The translations under genes were made by a program, and so were the position numbers. Below are positions 11,128 to 23,613 of a stretch of DNA of 64,000 nucleotides, in pieces. The stretch covers positions 6,820,001 to 6,884,000 of the forward strand of contig NC_043021.1 of assembly GCF_006345805.1 (NCBI RefSeq), in the 5' to 3' direction. Source of the DNA: Octopus sinensis. Taxonomy: Eukaryota. Under the pieces are notes generated by a model. The model did not search any database and was not told the DNA's origin. It saw only the letters and a program-made list of their open reading frames with translations. Each line of letters starts with the position of its first letter. Within the stretch, counting starts at the first letter, position 1.

Positions 11128-11246
11128 AGACCCCAGATACACTGTGCCTGAATAAAAAGACAGAATACATTAGATCATGTAGTCCCAGATAAACTGTGTC
11201 TGAAAAACTAAAAAGAAACAAAAGCACATTAGATAATGTCCTTCTG

Positions 11247-11860
11247 GGATCTTTTCCTTTTGAACGGCAGATGTCAACACAATTTCTAGTTAACTAAACA
11301 CCTTTAAACTTCGTATACTGGTAGAATGTGTTTATAAAACATCATTTTCTCTTGGTTTTATTGAGAAAATTCTATAGTTTGTAAGATATTTCGTCTGAAA
11401 ATCCGAGCATTTCGGCAATTTTAACCTATCGACTACCTCATTTGCTGCATCTAAAACTGAGACAACATCCTGTAACTAACCCTAAACCTCCCCACTAACA
11501 CTAGTTTTTTTTTTATTAATTGTTAAATTAATTTAATTCCATTGGTTTAGTTTTTTTTACACGCGTAACAATTAAATTAATTTAACAATTAATAAAAAAA
11601 AAACTAGTGTTAGTGGGGAGGTTTAGGGTTAGTTACAGGATGTTGTCTCAGTTTTAGACGCAGCAAATGATTTGAGCTCAAAAGAGAGCATAGGATTGGT
11701 TAAAATTCGAAAAATTAAACTACGTTAAACAAACAAATTACAATTTTCTCAAGAAAGCCAAGAGAAAAATATGTTTTATTTTGACACATTCTACCAGTAT
11801 ACGAAGTTTTAAAGTGTTTAGTTAACTAGAAATTGTCTACCGTTCAAAAGGAAAAGATCC
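11247..11860. mobile_element. Fold-back MITE with long inverted arms
   Basis: GGATCTTTTCCTTTTGAACGG / CCGTTCAAAAGGAAAAGATCC termini, arms complementary along most of the length; flanks TG and TA (possible decayed TA duplication). Confidence 0.85.
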
Positions 11861-13254
11861 TAGTTCTGTATACACTGTGCCTGAATAAAAGACAGAACAC
11901 ATTAGATAATGTAGTCCCAGATGAACTGTGTCTGAAAAACAAAAACCTTAACCCAACACATTAGATAATGTAGTTCTATATACACTGTGCCTGAATAAAA
12001 GACAGAACACATTAGAAAATATAGTCCTAGATATACTATGTTTGAAAATAAGATGTGGTGGTTACAGCTGGAATATTTCTGATTGATTTTTCTGCTGACT
12101 CAAGGCTGGCTTGAGGACAACAATTGCTTGTTCTGACTTTCGATAATTCTCTTTTCATGAGATAAAAATCGTCATCTGTACCGTGTGCGGCGACATCTGG
12201 AACGAATGTCTGAATGCTTACTCTTGATACATACGTCTCCGCGGGTTGAGACGCAAAATGTATTTTATTTTATTTATTTATTTATGGGGCACCGCCTTGA
12301 AGAATTTTTCAGTCGAATGAATCGACCCAAGTAGTTTTATTTTGAAACCCTGGTACTTATTCCATCGGAAACTTTTGCCGAACCGCTAAGTTGCGGGGAT
12401 ATAAACACACCAACATCGGTTGTTATCAAGCGATAGTGTGAGTCGAACACAGACTCAAAGACACACACACACACATACTACGATGAGCTTTGTTCAGTTT
12501 CTAGCAGAAGACATTGGCCCCAGGTGCAACGCAGTGGGACTGAACCCGGAAGCTTCTTCCCACACAACCACGCTTGCTCGTCAGAGGCGAAAAACTAGTG
12601 TTTTATGACGACAGTGTGTTCAACACACCGACTCATTGAACATACTCTCGCCAAAAAAGAGAGAAGTTTTTCCCCCTTGATGTTTATTACAGCGCTCAGC
12701 ATATTCCACGTCTGAACCGGCCGAGATGTATTAAGAATAAATATGTAAACATTCGTTCATTTCACAGTGTTTATATTCTAGAAGCAAAGAAACCCATATT
12801 TCTACGTCTCCTACGAACTGCAACTATAGGTGAGGAAAGACCTAAACACAATTTAATCGTCAAACGAATTCAATGGCCTAGTTTTCGATTGCATGAAAAC
12901 CACTAACAATGCTCATTAATAATAAACGATGTAAGGGAGGTAACTCGGGAATTTAAACCATCAATGGAGCTTTTACGTAGTCACACGACATGCTAGAAAT
13001 AGCTGTGAAACCTCTCTCAAACTACTCCCTACTGTTTTTTAGAGGAAAAAAGGGTATATGGGATAATAGTGCCTAAGATAAACTATATTTAAAAGGATGA
13101 GGTGGCCACGGCTGGAATGTTTTGATCATAGGGTTACCAAGTATACTACCTTGTGATCTACCTTCAGTTTTGCTGCTAATTCTTTGGTGTTTGGATTAAT
13201 TAATACACCTGTAAGCCTGGTTTCTAGACTTGCTGGAGTTTGTTGTATTATTTG

Positions 13255-13689
13255 ATAAAAGCCTTTTACATGTCCAGAGACGTGCAACCAAACGCATACC
13301 CTCCATCAGACACCTACCATATTCTGAGCGCCTTGTTTCCCTGGGCATGGATTCACTGAAGCTCCGGCGTCTGGCAACGGACTTGGTAAACACCCACAAA
13401 GTTATCAACCACCTCACCAACAACAACACTGAACACCTTTTTGATCTCCATGTGTCTAACACACGTGGACATGCCTACAAAGTCAGAAAACAACACAGCT
13501 CCCATGACTTTCGGAAACATTTTTTCACGCTCAGAGTTGCTGAAGCATGGAATAAACTGCCTGCGTCAGTTGTTGACTGCCATGACACTGCATCCTTTAA
13601 GGCCCTCATGCTTTCCGAAATCCGCCGAAACTACACCTGATTATATATACACTTTAGATGAGTTGTAGTGCACCTGAGCACTGTACACA

Positions 13690-13725
<36 letters not shown>

Positions 13726-13735
13726 TTATTATTAT
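13255..13735 (+). mobile_element. 5'-truncated CR1-type LINE 3' end
   Basis: VQRRATKRIP...YSERL...RRLATDL...TRGHAYKVRK...FFTLRVAEAWNKLP, stop at 13640, short 3'UTR, (ATT)n tail. Confidence 0.9.
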
Positions 13736-14003
13736 AATACCTGTGCTGTAAAAATTCTTCGTTTTATGAAAGGAAACATGCAACCTCTCTGATACAGATT
13801 TTCTTCATTTTTTCTTTTTGTTTTCTTTCACTTCTTTCAGTCATTTAAATTATGGCCATGCTGGGGCATCACATTGAAGAATTTTAGTTGAATGCATCGA
13901 TCCTAGTACATATTTCTTATTAGCCTGGTACTTATTCTATCAGTTTCTTTTGTTGTACCACAAAGTTAAGGGGAAGGGGGTGAAGAAGCCAACACCAATT
14001 GCC

Positions 14004-14471
14004 GTGGAGGCACAATGGCCCAGTGGTTAGGGCAGTGGACTTACGGTCGTAAGAACGTGGTTTCAGTTCCCAGACTGGGCATTGTGAGTGTTGAGCAAAA
14101 ATACCTAAGCCCCACGAGGCTCCAGTGGGGGAGGGTGGTGAACCCCGCTGTGCTCTTTCACCACAACTTACTCTCACTCTTTCTTCCTACTTCTGCCACA
14201 AAGCAGAGGAACCATGGTGTAACCCACTATGGTGTGGTAAACTTTCAGACCCAGGATGGTTCAACTCTCCACCCGTTAAAAGCCACCATTTACGGAATGC
14301 GGATAACAACGTAGCATTCGCACCCGTGCAACCGCCAGTCTATCGCATGTGGTGGGTGGATCTTCAAGTTGCCACACGCCTTCTTAGTAGCTTAGAGTAG
14401 GCTCGAATTAGAGATTATTCTTTGTGGCTTATGGTGTGAGTCCTGATTGGAAGAAGAAGAAGAAGAAGAAG
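14004..14471 (+). mobile_element. SINE-C head with a distinct ~270-bp tail ending in (GAA)n, inserted in a SINE-B
   Basis: TSD CACCA(A/G)TTGCC at 13993-14003 and 14472-14482. Confidence 0.8.
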
Positions 14472-14510
14472 ACACCAGTTGCCAAGCAGAGGTGAGGACT
14501 AACACAGGCA

Positions 14511-14790
14511 CTCCATCAGTTATGATGATGAGAACTCCAGTTGATGCGCTCTATGGAACAGCCTGCTCATGAAATTAACATGCAAGTGGTTGAGCACTAC
14601 AGAAACACACATACCCTTAATGTAGTTCTCAGCGAGATTCAGCATGACTCATTTTTGCCAGCTGAGTGGGCTGGACCAATGTGAAATAAAAAGTCTTGCT
14701 CAAAGGCACAATGTACTGCTGGGAATTGAACTCATGACCTTACAAACATGAGCCAGATACCTTAACCATTAAGCTACGCACCTTCACTGG
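14511..14790 (-). mobile_element. SINE-D head with T1 tail, degenerate
   Basis: Similar to 10815-11127. Confidence 0.7.
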
Positions 14791-14873
14791 AGGATTAATA
14801 CAGGCACATACTCTGATACATATATGTATCTCTCCCATTCTCTCTCTCTCTCAATATATATATATATATGTAT

Positions 14874-15087
14874 ACTCTTTTACTTGTTTCAGTCATTTGA
14901 CTGTGACCATGCTGGAGCACCGCCTTTAGTCGAGTAAATCGACCCAAGGACATATTCTTTGTAAGCCTAGTACTTATCCTAGCGATTTCTTTTGCTGAAC
15001 CGCTAAGTTACGGGAACGTAAACACACCAGCATTGGTTGTCAAGTGATGTTGGGGGTACAAACACAGGCACACAAACATATATACAC

Positions 15088-15142
<55 letters not shown>

Positions 15143-15230
15143 TACAACAGGCTTCTTTCAATTTCCGTCTACCAAATCCACTCACAAGTCTTTGGTTGGC
15201 CCGAGGCTATAGTAGAAAACACTTGCCCAA
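14874..15230 (-). mobile_element. SINE-B lacking its head
   Basis: Family motifs. Confidence 0.85.
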
Positions 15231-15611
15231 AAAATAAGTATTGGGGTCAATTTATTTGATTAAAAATTCTTCAAGGTGGTGCCCCAGCATGACCACAGTA
15301 TAATAACTGAAACAATATCAGATATATTTATATATACACAATTCAAATTTACAGGAAATAAAAGGCGAAGACAGGTAAGGGAACAACAAGCAGGTGTATC
15401 AGTTTGATGCTCAGGAAGAATGGAAAAGTCTTTGATGTTTCGAGCCAATGCCCTTTGACAAAAAGGATTCAGAGGAAAAAGGAGAGAGAATGAAAACAAC
15501 AGAGAGAGTGAGAGAAAACATGTAGGGATTAATAGTTTAGTGTAGCAGAAGACACTTGTCCAAGGTGCCATGCAGTGGGACTGAACCAAGAACCATATAT
15601 ATAATGATGGA

Positions 15612-15994
15612 AGCACTCTGTCGGTTACGACAATGAGGGTTCCGGTTGATCCGAATCAACGGAACAGCCTGCTCGTGAAATTAACATGTAAGTGGCTGAG
15701 CACTCCACAGACACGTGCACCCTTAACGTAGTTCTCGGGGATATTCAGCGTGACACAGAGAGTAACAAGGCCGGCCCCTTGAAATACAGGGACAACAGAA
15801 ACAGGAAGTAAGAGTGGAGTGAGAGAAAGTTGAGGCGAAAGAGTACAACAGGAGTCGCCACCCACCCCTGCCGGAGCCTCGTGGAGCTTTAGGTGTTTTC
15901 GCTCAATAAACACACACAACGCCCGGTCTGGAATCGAAACCGTGATCCTCCGACCGCAAGTCCGCTGCCCTAACCTCTGGACCATTGCGCCTCC
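15612..15994 (-). mobile_element. SINE-C full length with T1 tail
   Basis: TSD ACCATATATATAAT at 15592-15605 and 15995-16008. Confidence 0.88.
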
Positions 15995-16323
15995 ACCATA
16001 TATATAATATGGGTAGCTTATTAGCAATTTAACAGCCTAAAGGCAAATTTATAGATGTCACTAAAATGACAGAAGGTACAAAGTGATACCAACATTGCTA
16101 GAAATAAGAGTCAAAATGACTCATTAGCCACAAGAGCACTAATCTACAGTCGTAGACATAACCATATAACTAGTGATTTTGAATTTTGATGCAGGGCATC
16201 TTAATTCTCATCAGTGGCTCTTACTGCACCTAGGGTTAAGCTCAACTCACCTTAAGAAAACCCATTGAAAATATGTGCTGATTTAAAAGCGATAGAAGTG
16301 AAAGCTATAAATAATATGGGTGG

Positions 16324-16720
16324 CTCTCTTTTACTCTTTTACTTGTTTCAGTCATTTGACTGCGGCCATGCTGGAGCACCGCCTTTAGTCGAGCAACTCG
16401 ACCCCAGGACTTATTCTTTTTGTAAGCCCAGTACTTATTCTATCGGTCTCTTTTTGCCGAACCGCTAAGTAATGGGGACATAAACACACCAGCATCGGTT
16501 GTCAAGCAATGCTAGGGAGACAAACACAGACACACATACATATATATACATATATACGACAAGCTTCTTTCAGTTTCCGTCTACCAAATCCACTCACAAG
16601 GTATTGGTCGGCCCGGGGCTATAGCAGAAGACACTTGCCCAAGATGTCACGCAGTGGGACTGAACCCGGAACCATGTGGCTGGTTAGCAAGCTACTTACC
16701 ACACAGCCACTCCTGCGCCT
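16324..16720 (-). mobile_element. SINE-B full length, young subfamily
   Basis: Diagnostic CCTAGCATTGCTTGAC-type segment shared with copies at ~33.8, 35.6, 54.3 and 61.6 kb. Confidence 0.9.
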
Positions 16721-16941
16721 ATGATGCAATTTGATAACCTAAAGCCAAATTTATAGACATCACTATATATATACAACAGGCTTCTTTCAGTTTCCATCTA
16801 CCAAATCCACTCACAAGGCTTTGGTCAGCCCAAGGCTATAGAAGAAAACACCCAAGGTTAAGTGGTACTGAACCCAGAACTCTGGGGTTGAGAAGAAAAC
16901 TTCTTATTACGCAGCTACACTAAACCATTAATCCCTACATG

Positions 16942-16988
<47 letters not shown>

Positions 16989-17435
16989 GTTTTTTATTCT
17001 CTCTCCTGTTTCCATTAATGAATATTCCAAGTTTTTGATACTGACAAGCTGCCCAATGTGTGAGCATGTGTGTGTGTGTGTGCATGTATGCATGTGTGTG
17101 TGTGAGTGTATGTGTATGTGTGTGTGTGAGTGTATGTGTGTGTGCATGTATGCATGTGTGTGTGTGCATGTATGCATGTGTGTGAGTTAATGTATGTGTG
17201 AGTGTATGTGTGTGTGTGTGTGTGTGTGTATAAAGAAAGAACACAAATGAATTGAAGTTCACTATAGCTGTTCCAGATACATTTTTTGCTGATGAATAAT
17301 CTGATTACATCATGAAAATTACCATAAAAACTTCAAAATTTGATTCAGGAAATACCAAGATATATAATATGGGTTGACCCTCCCATTTTGACAAGTCAGA
17401 GAGTCGTATCTATAAACTGGCCTTTCCCATTTTTA

Positions 17436-17487
<52 letters not shown>

Positions 17488-17585
17488 GATAGATAGATAG
17501 ATGTCTAAGACTCCATGAGTCAGGAAAAATTGCACTCGCATATCTGTCAGTAGAGTTAGTATATTAAACAAAGTGTACACTATTA

Positions 17586-17809
17586 TATATCCATTGCAGC
17601 CAATCTTACCAGTTGGTTTTGCACTAGGGGTTCATCAGAGTGTTTAGGTAACAGCGAATTTATGTAACCTTACTCTCTACAGAGATGCTGTATTTCATGC
17701 CATAACCACTACCTCTGAAGAGTGCAGGGTTACATAATTGGACTGTTACCTAACACCTTGTTGACCCCTAGTGCAAAACCATTTGGCATGATGAGCCATA
17801 ATGGATATA
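17586..17809. mobile_element. Small palindromic MITE
   Basis: Nested inverted blocks TATATCCATT/AATGGATATA, TGGTTTTGCACTAGGGG/CCCCTAGTGCAAAACCA, TAGGTAACAG/CTGTTACCTA, TTATGTAACC/GGTTACATAA. Confidence 0.75.
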
Positions 17810-18670
17810 TATATATATATAATATATATATATATATAAAACAGTGATATAACTAAACTATATATTGAATTCAAATTTTGACAGAAGGCTAGCAATTACT
17901 AGGAGGGAGCAAGTCAGTTTTATTGACCCCAGTACTTGACTGGTACTTATTTTATCGACCCCCAAAATTATGAAAGGCAAAGTCAACCATAGCTGAATTT
18001 GAAATCAGAACATACAAGGAGATGCTGAAAAGCTCCTGGTTTTGGGTAAAAGAGGGAGGATCAGTTAATTATGATTTTATTCTCAGATTCACACACTTAT
18101 TGCAGTGGTCCTTCAGTTTTTCTTAGACCTATAAAAGAACTCAGAAGGTTGGGCCTCCAACCAGGCCTTTTGTGATACCCTTAGAACAAAGATCTTTTCA
18201 ACATCCCCTCAGTAATGATGCACAAAATGTTACTAAGCATTTTGCCTGCCATGGTAATAATTCTACTAGCTTGCCACCTTAACTAAACTATATATTGATA
18301 ACCATAGCTGATAGTTAAGTACTTATTAACTCTTCAGAACAGTTGATTGTATCATTAAATAATGTATCTTTGCTGTCAGCCTTAATTATCAATCCTACTT
18401 ACACACTTTCATTCATTTTCATTCAACTTGTGTTATTTCAATGGTGTCTTTTGTTGCTGGTCAGTTTTAATTAATTATTGTGAAGGGTTTTAATTTGATT
18501 ATCATAAAAGGTCTACAAGCTTCATTTCCAAATTAAGATTCATTTTAATTATCAGAGCAAGCCGAGGAAAGTCTATGTAGTTAATCAACATGATCAAAAT
18601 AGCTCGAAAGGAAAATGGTGCTTCAAGGACTAGATGATGGTCTCTAAGTGGTGGGCATATAACCGTATAT

Positions 18671-18908
18671 AAAAGGCGGCGAGCTGGCAGAAACGTTAGC
18701 ACGCCGGGCAAAATGCTCGGCGGTATTTCGTCTGCTTTTACGTTGTGAGTTCAAATTCCGCCGAGGTAGACTTTGCCTTTCTTCCTTTCGGGGTCGATAA
18801 ATTAAGTACCAGTTCTGCACTGGGGTCGATGTAATCGACTTAATACCTGTGTCTGTCCTTGTTTGTCCCCTCTGTGTTTGGCCCCTTGTGGGTAATAAAG
18901 AAATAGGT
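18671..18908 (+). mobile_element. SINE-A monomer
   Basis: TSD ATATAACCGTATAT at 18657-18670 and 18909-18922. Confidence 0.92.
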
Positions 18909-19287
18909 ATATAACCGTATATGAACTCTAAAATTAGATTCCTTTTATGTCCAGGTGCAAATGTGGCTGTGTGGTAAGAAGCTGTGTGGTAAGAAGCATG
19001 GGTTGAACTGGGGCTGCCTGCAGGCATATACATATTAAATATTTCAATTACCTGAAGATTGACTGTAACCATAACTCGAATTATTAAGAATTGGACAGCC
19101 ATGAAATGATCGTAGTGTTTTACTAATTATCTTTTATTAAACTTTTAATACTTTTGATATATATTTAAAATAATATAAATTAATTAATTTTATGTATTGG
19201 CTTAAATTTTTTATTGTTTGATTTGCCTAATAGTGGTTTTATCTCTAATTTAATATAATATATATATATATGTATATATTCAAAATA

Positions 19288-19485
19288 TGACCGCGTGTGT
19301 ACCGTTGGCGATTTTTTCTTCCTCTGTCTTCCCTTCTCTGGATCTTTCCTTCTCCTATGTTTCCGACGAAGAGCTCTGCTCGAAACGTTAAACCCTCCTT
19401 CTTTCCTTCTTTCCTGAGCGTCCAATAATACTATATTTGTTCCACGTCCTCACGTGTTGTGTTTTTTGTGCTTTCTTGTTTGGAT

Positions 19486-19490
<5 letters not shown>
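19288..19490 (+). mobile_element. Penelope-like terminal fragment, second family, hammerhead motif at 19359-19393
   Basis: GTTT-CCGACGA-A-GAGC(tct)GCTC-GAAAC-GT-T-AAAC. Confidence 0.65.
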
Positions 19491-19527
<37 letters not shown>

Positions 19528-19944
19528 TGTATTTGTATATATATATATATATACATATATGTATTTGTATATATATAATTATATATATATATATGTATAT
19601 GTATATATATAATATATATATACATGTATGTATGGATGGATGGATGGATGTATATATGCACACATGTATACATGTATGTATGTGTATATATACACACACA
19701 CATGCACAAACACATATACTTTATTAATAAGGCTGCATTGACACCATAAAACTATAACTCAGAATTTCATGTTCCTGTTCGTCAGAACGGAAACATAAAA
19801 CTCTACATAACAATTTTCGAGATGCTTTTGCAGCTCTATTAATAAAGCATATTACTCTACCTTTGGTATTCAAGTACTATTTTTTCTACCTTGTTTCACA
19901 TTTATGTGCTTACTCTGGTATATATATATATATATATATATATA

Positions 19945-20341
19945 CTAGCAGTATCGCCCGGCGTTGCTCGGGTTTGTAAGGGAAATAACTATATAAGCAT
20001 TTTTAGAGATGTAAAGTATAATAGCCATCTCAATATGGCTAACCACAAAGGGGGGGGTGTTACTGTAGCTTTTAACGTTCTGAGATTTAATAATAAATTT
20101 TTAGAGAGGTACTTCACTTATATATGCCAAAAATGCATTAAAAATGGGAAAAATTGATGGTAAATTTTTTTTTAAATCGTAGACTCATCGTAGACACGCG
20201 CTAATACCCAGAAGAGCTCGATGTGAATCACGACTATAAGATACCCAGTTTTGGTTAAACTGCACCGCAAAATGTGGGAGTAGTTAGGAATCTAAATCGT
20301 AGGAGACAGACAGCACACAACCTCTCTTTTATATATAAAGA
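19945..20341 (-). mobile_element. Non-autonomous Helitron
   Basis: Minus strand A|TCTTTATATATAAAA ... CCCGAGCAACGCCGGG hairpin ... CTAG|T. Confidence 0.85.
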
Positions 20342-20348
20342 TATATTG

Positions 20349-20707
20349 CGTGATCGTTGCCAGAGCGGCTAACTGGCTTCCATGCTGGTGGCACATAAAA
20401 AGCACCATTTGAGCATGATCGTTACCAGCATCGCCTTACTGGCACGTGAAAAAACATTAGTGAGGTAGTTGCCAATGTCACTGGACTGGCTCTTGTGCAG
20501 GTTGCACATAAAAAAAACACCAATTTAGCATGGCCGTTGCCAGTACCACCTGACTGGCCCTCGTGCCGGTGAAACATAAAAGCACCCACTATACTGTCGG
20601 AGATCAAGATTGGAGCTTGGTGCAGCCATCTGGTTCGCCAATCCTCAGTCAAATTGTCCAACCCATGCTAGCATGGAAAGCAGACTTTAAACGATGATGA
20701 TGATGAT
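20349..20707 (+). mobile_element. SINE-E, degenerate, with internal ~56-bp repeats
   Basis: GGCACRTAAAAGCACC repeats; (GAT)n tail. Confidence 0.75.
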
Positions 20708-20715
20708 GTGTGTGT

Positions 20716-21014
20716 GGTGAGGGTGCATGGTCTAGTTGTTAGAGTGCTGCTCTCATGATCTCGAGATTGTGGCTTCAATTCCTAGACCAGGTGGTGTGTT
20801 GTGTCCTTGAATAAAACACTTCATCTCAAGTTACTTTACAATCACTTCGACACCTGACATGTAATACACTTGTGCACCTGTTCAGACAGCATCGATTTGA
20901 CGGAGGGAGTGAGCTAATGTGTGGCACATACATTTGATCACTATAAATAAATCATTTGTACAGGTCGTTCGACAATAGCTAAACACTCATACGTTGTCTT
21001 CAACAGGAGAGTCC

Positions 21015-21015
<1 letters not shown>
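20716..21015 (+). mobile_element. SINE-D-like head with another tail type
   Basis: GCATGGTCTAGTTGTTAGAG head, GTGTCCTTGAATAAAACAC core. Confidence 0.6.
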
Positions 21016-21056
<41 letters not shown>

Positions 21057-21087
21057 TATATATATATATACATATATATATATATCA

Positions 21088-21394
21088 TGTTGTGCCTGGG
21101 GAGAGTCATTTTCTTTTTGTGCCTTATAATTTAACACACACACCGGTAAAATTTCCACTTATTTCTTATTTTTATTATCCTAAAATTTTCGTTGCGTCTT
21201 GCAACCTTTTCAATAGTCTTGACTCTGCCCGTTGGGGTTAGGACGTAACAGACAGAGTCAAAACTATTGTAAAAAGGCTGCAAGACACAACGAAAATTTT
21301 AGGAAAATAAAAATAAGAAGTAAGTGGAAAATTCACCGGTGAGTGTGTTACATTATAAGGCACAAAAAGAAAATGACTCTCCCCAGACTCAACA
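21088..21394. repeat. Inverted repeat, ~140-bp arms, 25-bp spacer
   Basis: 21088-21227 is the reverse complement of 21253-21394 with scattered mismatches. Confidence 0.85.
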
Positions 21395-21462
21395 GAATAT
21401 GCTTCAACACATGAACTCACATAAAGAATCTTGCAAACCAAATCCAAAAATTAAATACATAC

Positions 21463-21499
<37 letters not shown>

Positions 21500-22004
21500 C
21501 ACCGATACTCGCGACAGGCTTCCACACAGTTTCCACTTACTAAATTCACTTAGAAGGTATTAATTGATCTGGGCCTATACAAGACACTTGTCCAAAGTGC
21601 TGCACGGTAGACTTGAAACCGAAACCATGTGATTGCAAAGCGAGTTTCCTAACCACACAGCCATGTTAATGCCTACCCTGAAGACTTCTGCTCAATTATT
21701 TCAACTCTAGCACTTCGTTTGATATTTGTCTGACTTCAGACGATGACAAAAGAGGCAGAGTAAACTGAAATTTAAAGGGAGGTAACTGATACAGAACTAA
21801 CACGGTATTAATCTGTCTTTCAAATTTTGTCACAAGGCCAGCAATTTCCGGGCGTTGGTTAATCGATTACATCGATCCCAGTGTTCAAATGGTACTTTGT
21901 TATCCGAAAGGATAAAAGCCAAAGTTAGTCTCAGTGAAATTTGAACTCAGAACGGGAAAATGGACAAAATGCTATTAAGCATTCTGCCCAGAGTGCTAAT
22001 GATT

Positions 22005-22482
22005 ATATAATAATGAAATTATTGTATACAGTGCTCAGATGCACCACAACTTGTCAGAAAGTGCGTATAAAGAGTATGCAGTAATGTAAAAATGTCCGGA
22101 AAGCGAACAATGTATGAGTCAGATACATGCTTGTGTGTGTATGGAGGGGAGAAAATCAGGTGTAGTGTTGGCGAATCTCAGAAAGCATGGAAGTTTTGAA
22201 GGATGCAGTGCTCCGACAACTAACAACCGATGCCGGCAGTTTGTTCCATGCTTCAGCAACTCTTAGCACGAAAAAATGTTTCCTAAAGTCATAGGAGCTG
22301 TGCTGTTTTCTGGCTTTGTAAATATGTCCACGGGTGTTAGACGGGCGGAGTTTGAAAAGGTGCTCAGAGTAATTGTTTGTACGATGGTTAATAATTTTCT
22401 GGGTGTCTCCAAGTCAGCTGCCAGACGTCGGAGTTTCAATGTGTCCATGCCCAGGGAAGTAAGGCGTTCAGAATATGGCAAA
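22005..22482 (-). mobile_element. CR1-type LINE 3' end, same family, long-3'UTR variant
   Basis: PYSERLTSLGMDTLKLRRLAADL on the minus strand; same terminal GTGCAYCTGAGCACTGTA motif. Confidence 0.88.
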
Positions 22483-22502
22483 TGCCTTCCAACTTGTCAC
22501 CT

Positions 22503-22505
<3 letters not shown>

Positions 22506-22538
<33 letters not shown>

Positions 22539-22644
22539 CATTGTGTACAGTGCTCAGGTGCACTACAACTCATCTAAAGTGTATATATAATCAGGTGTAG
22601 TTTCGGTGGATTTCGGAAAGCATGAGGGCCTTAAAGGATGCAGT
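22506..22644 (-). mobile_element. Short CR1 3' fragment, short-3'UTR variant, with (ATT)n tail
   Basis: Reverse complement of ~13590-13715. Confidence 0.85.
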
Positions 22645-23544
22645 TTATATGTTTATAAACAGTAGTTTCAAATTTTGACACAAGGCCAGAGGTCTGGGGG
22701 GGAGGAGGTAAGTTGGTTACATCGCCCCCAATGCTGAACTGCTACTTTATTTTATCAAATCCGAAAGCATAAAGAATAAGTTAACCTCGTCAGAATTTGA
22801 ACTCAGAACATGAAGGATGAAATGCTAAGCATTTTGTCTGGGATGCTCGCGATTCTTCTGGTTTGCCACCTTAAAACACTGTTTTAATACTGCAAGCATT
22901 TACTGTTTGGTGATTTTTTTCTTCTTTTTTTTTTTTTTTGCACTGAAATGCTGATACACACACATACACACTCATACGTACGTATGTATGTAGATAGATA
23001 GATAGATAAATAGATAGATGGATGGATGGATGGATGGATTGATGGACGACGGACGGACGGACGGACGGACGGGCAGGCAGGTGGGCGGACGGACGGACGG
23101 ACAGATGGATGGACGGATGGGCAGGCAGGAGGCAGACAGACAGATATTTTGTGTTACACTGTCCTCTACCATGCTCTGATACCACTAAATCTTTTGCTCC
23201 CGTCACACACAAACCCCTCTAAACACCTGGATTCAAGCTCAGCTTATGTCATCACACTCACAGCGAAGAAAGCCCTTTTCTTTTGCAAGTTACAAGATGA
23301 CCTCACTAATGCAGCCATTAACTTCTGCAGAGGGGTTAGGGAATCAAGCAGAGACAACGTAATGAGATTGATGAGACATGGCAGTTTTCTAAGGACAGGT
23401 AGTACTGGCATCGACCACACTCGAATGGTGCTTTTTATGTACAGTTTATTGCCCAATGGCTGAAGGGTACTCTTAAATAGGCTGGTTATGCTGCACTGGC
23501 ATAGGCCATGGTTACAGTCTCACTTGGCTTGCCAAAGCTGTCTG

Positions 23545-23613
<69 letters not shown>

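Noticed and set aside
13230-13640. 136-aa host gene
   Set aside because: C-terminus of a 5'-truncated LINE ORF2 with a simple-repeat tail.
15940-15994. tRNA genes at SINE heads (families A-D)
   Set aside because: A and B boxes are present but there is no complete cloverleaf, and each continues into a SINE body.
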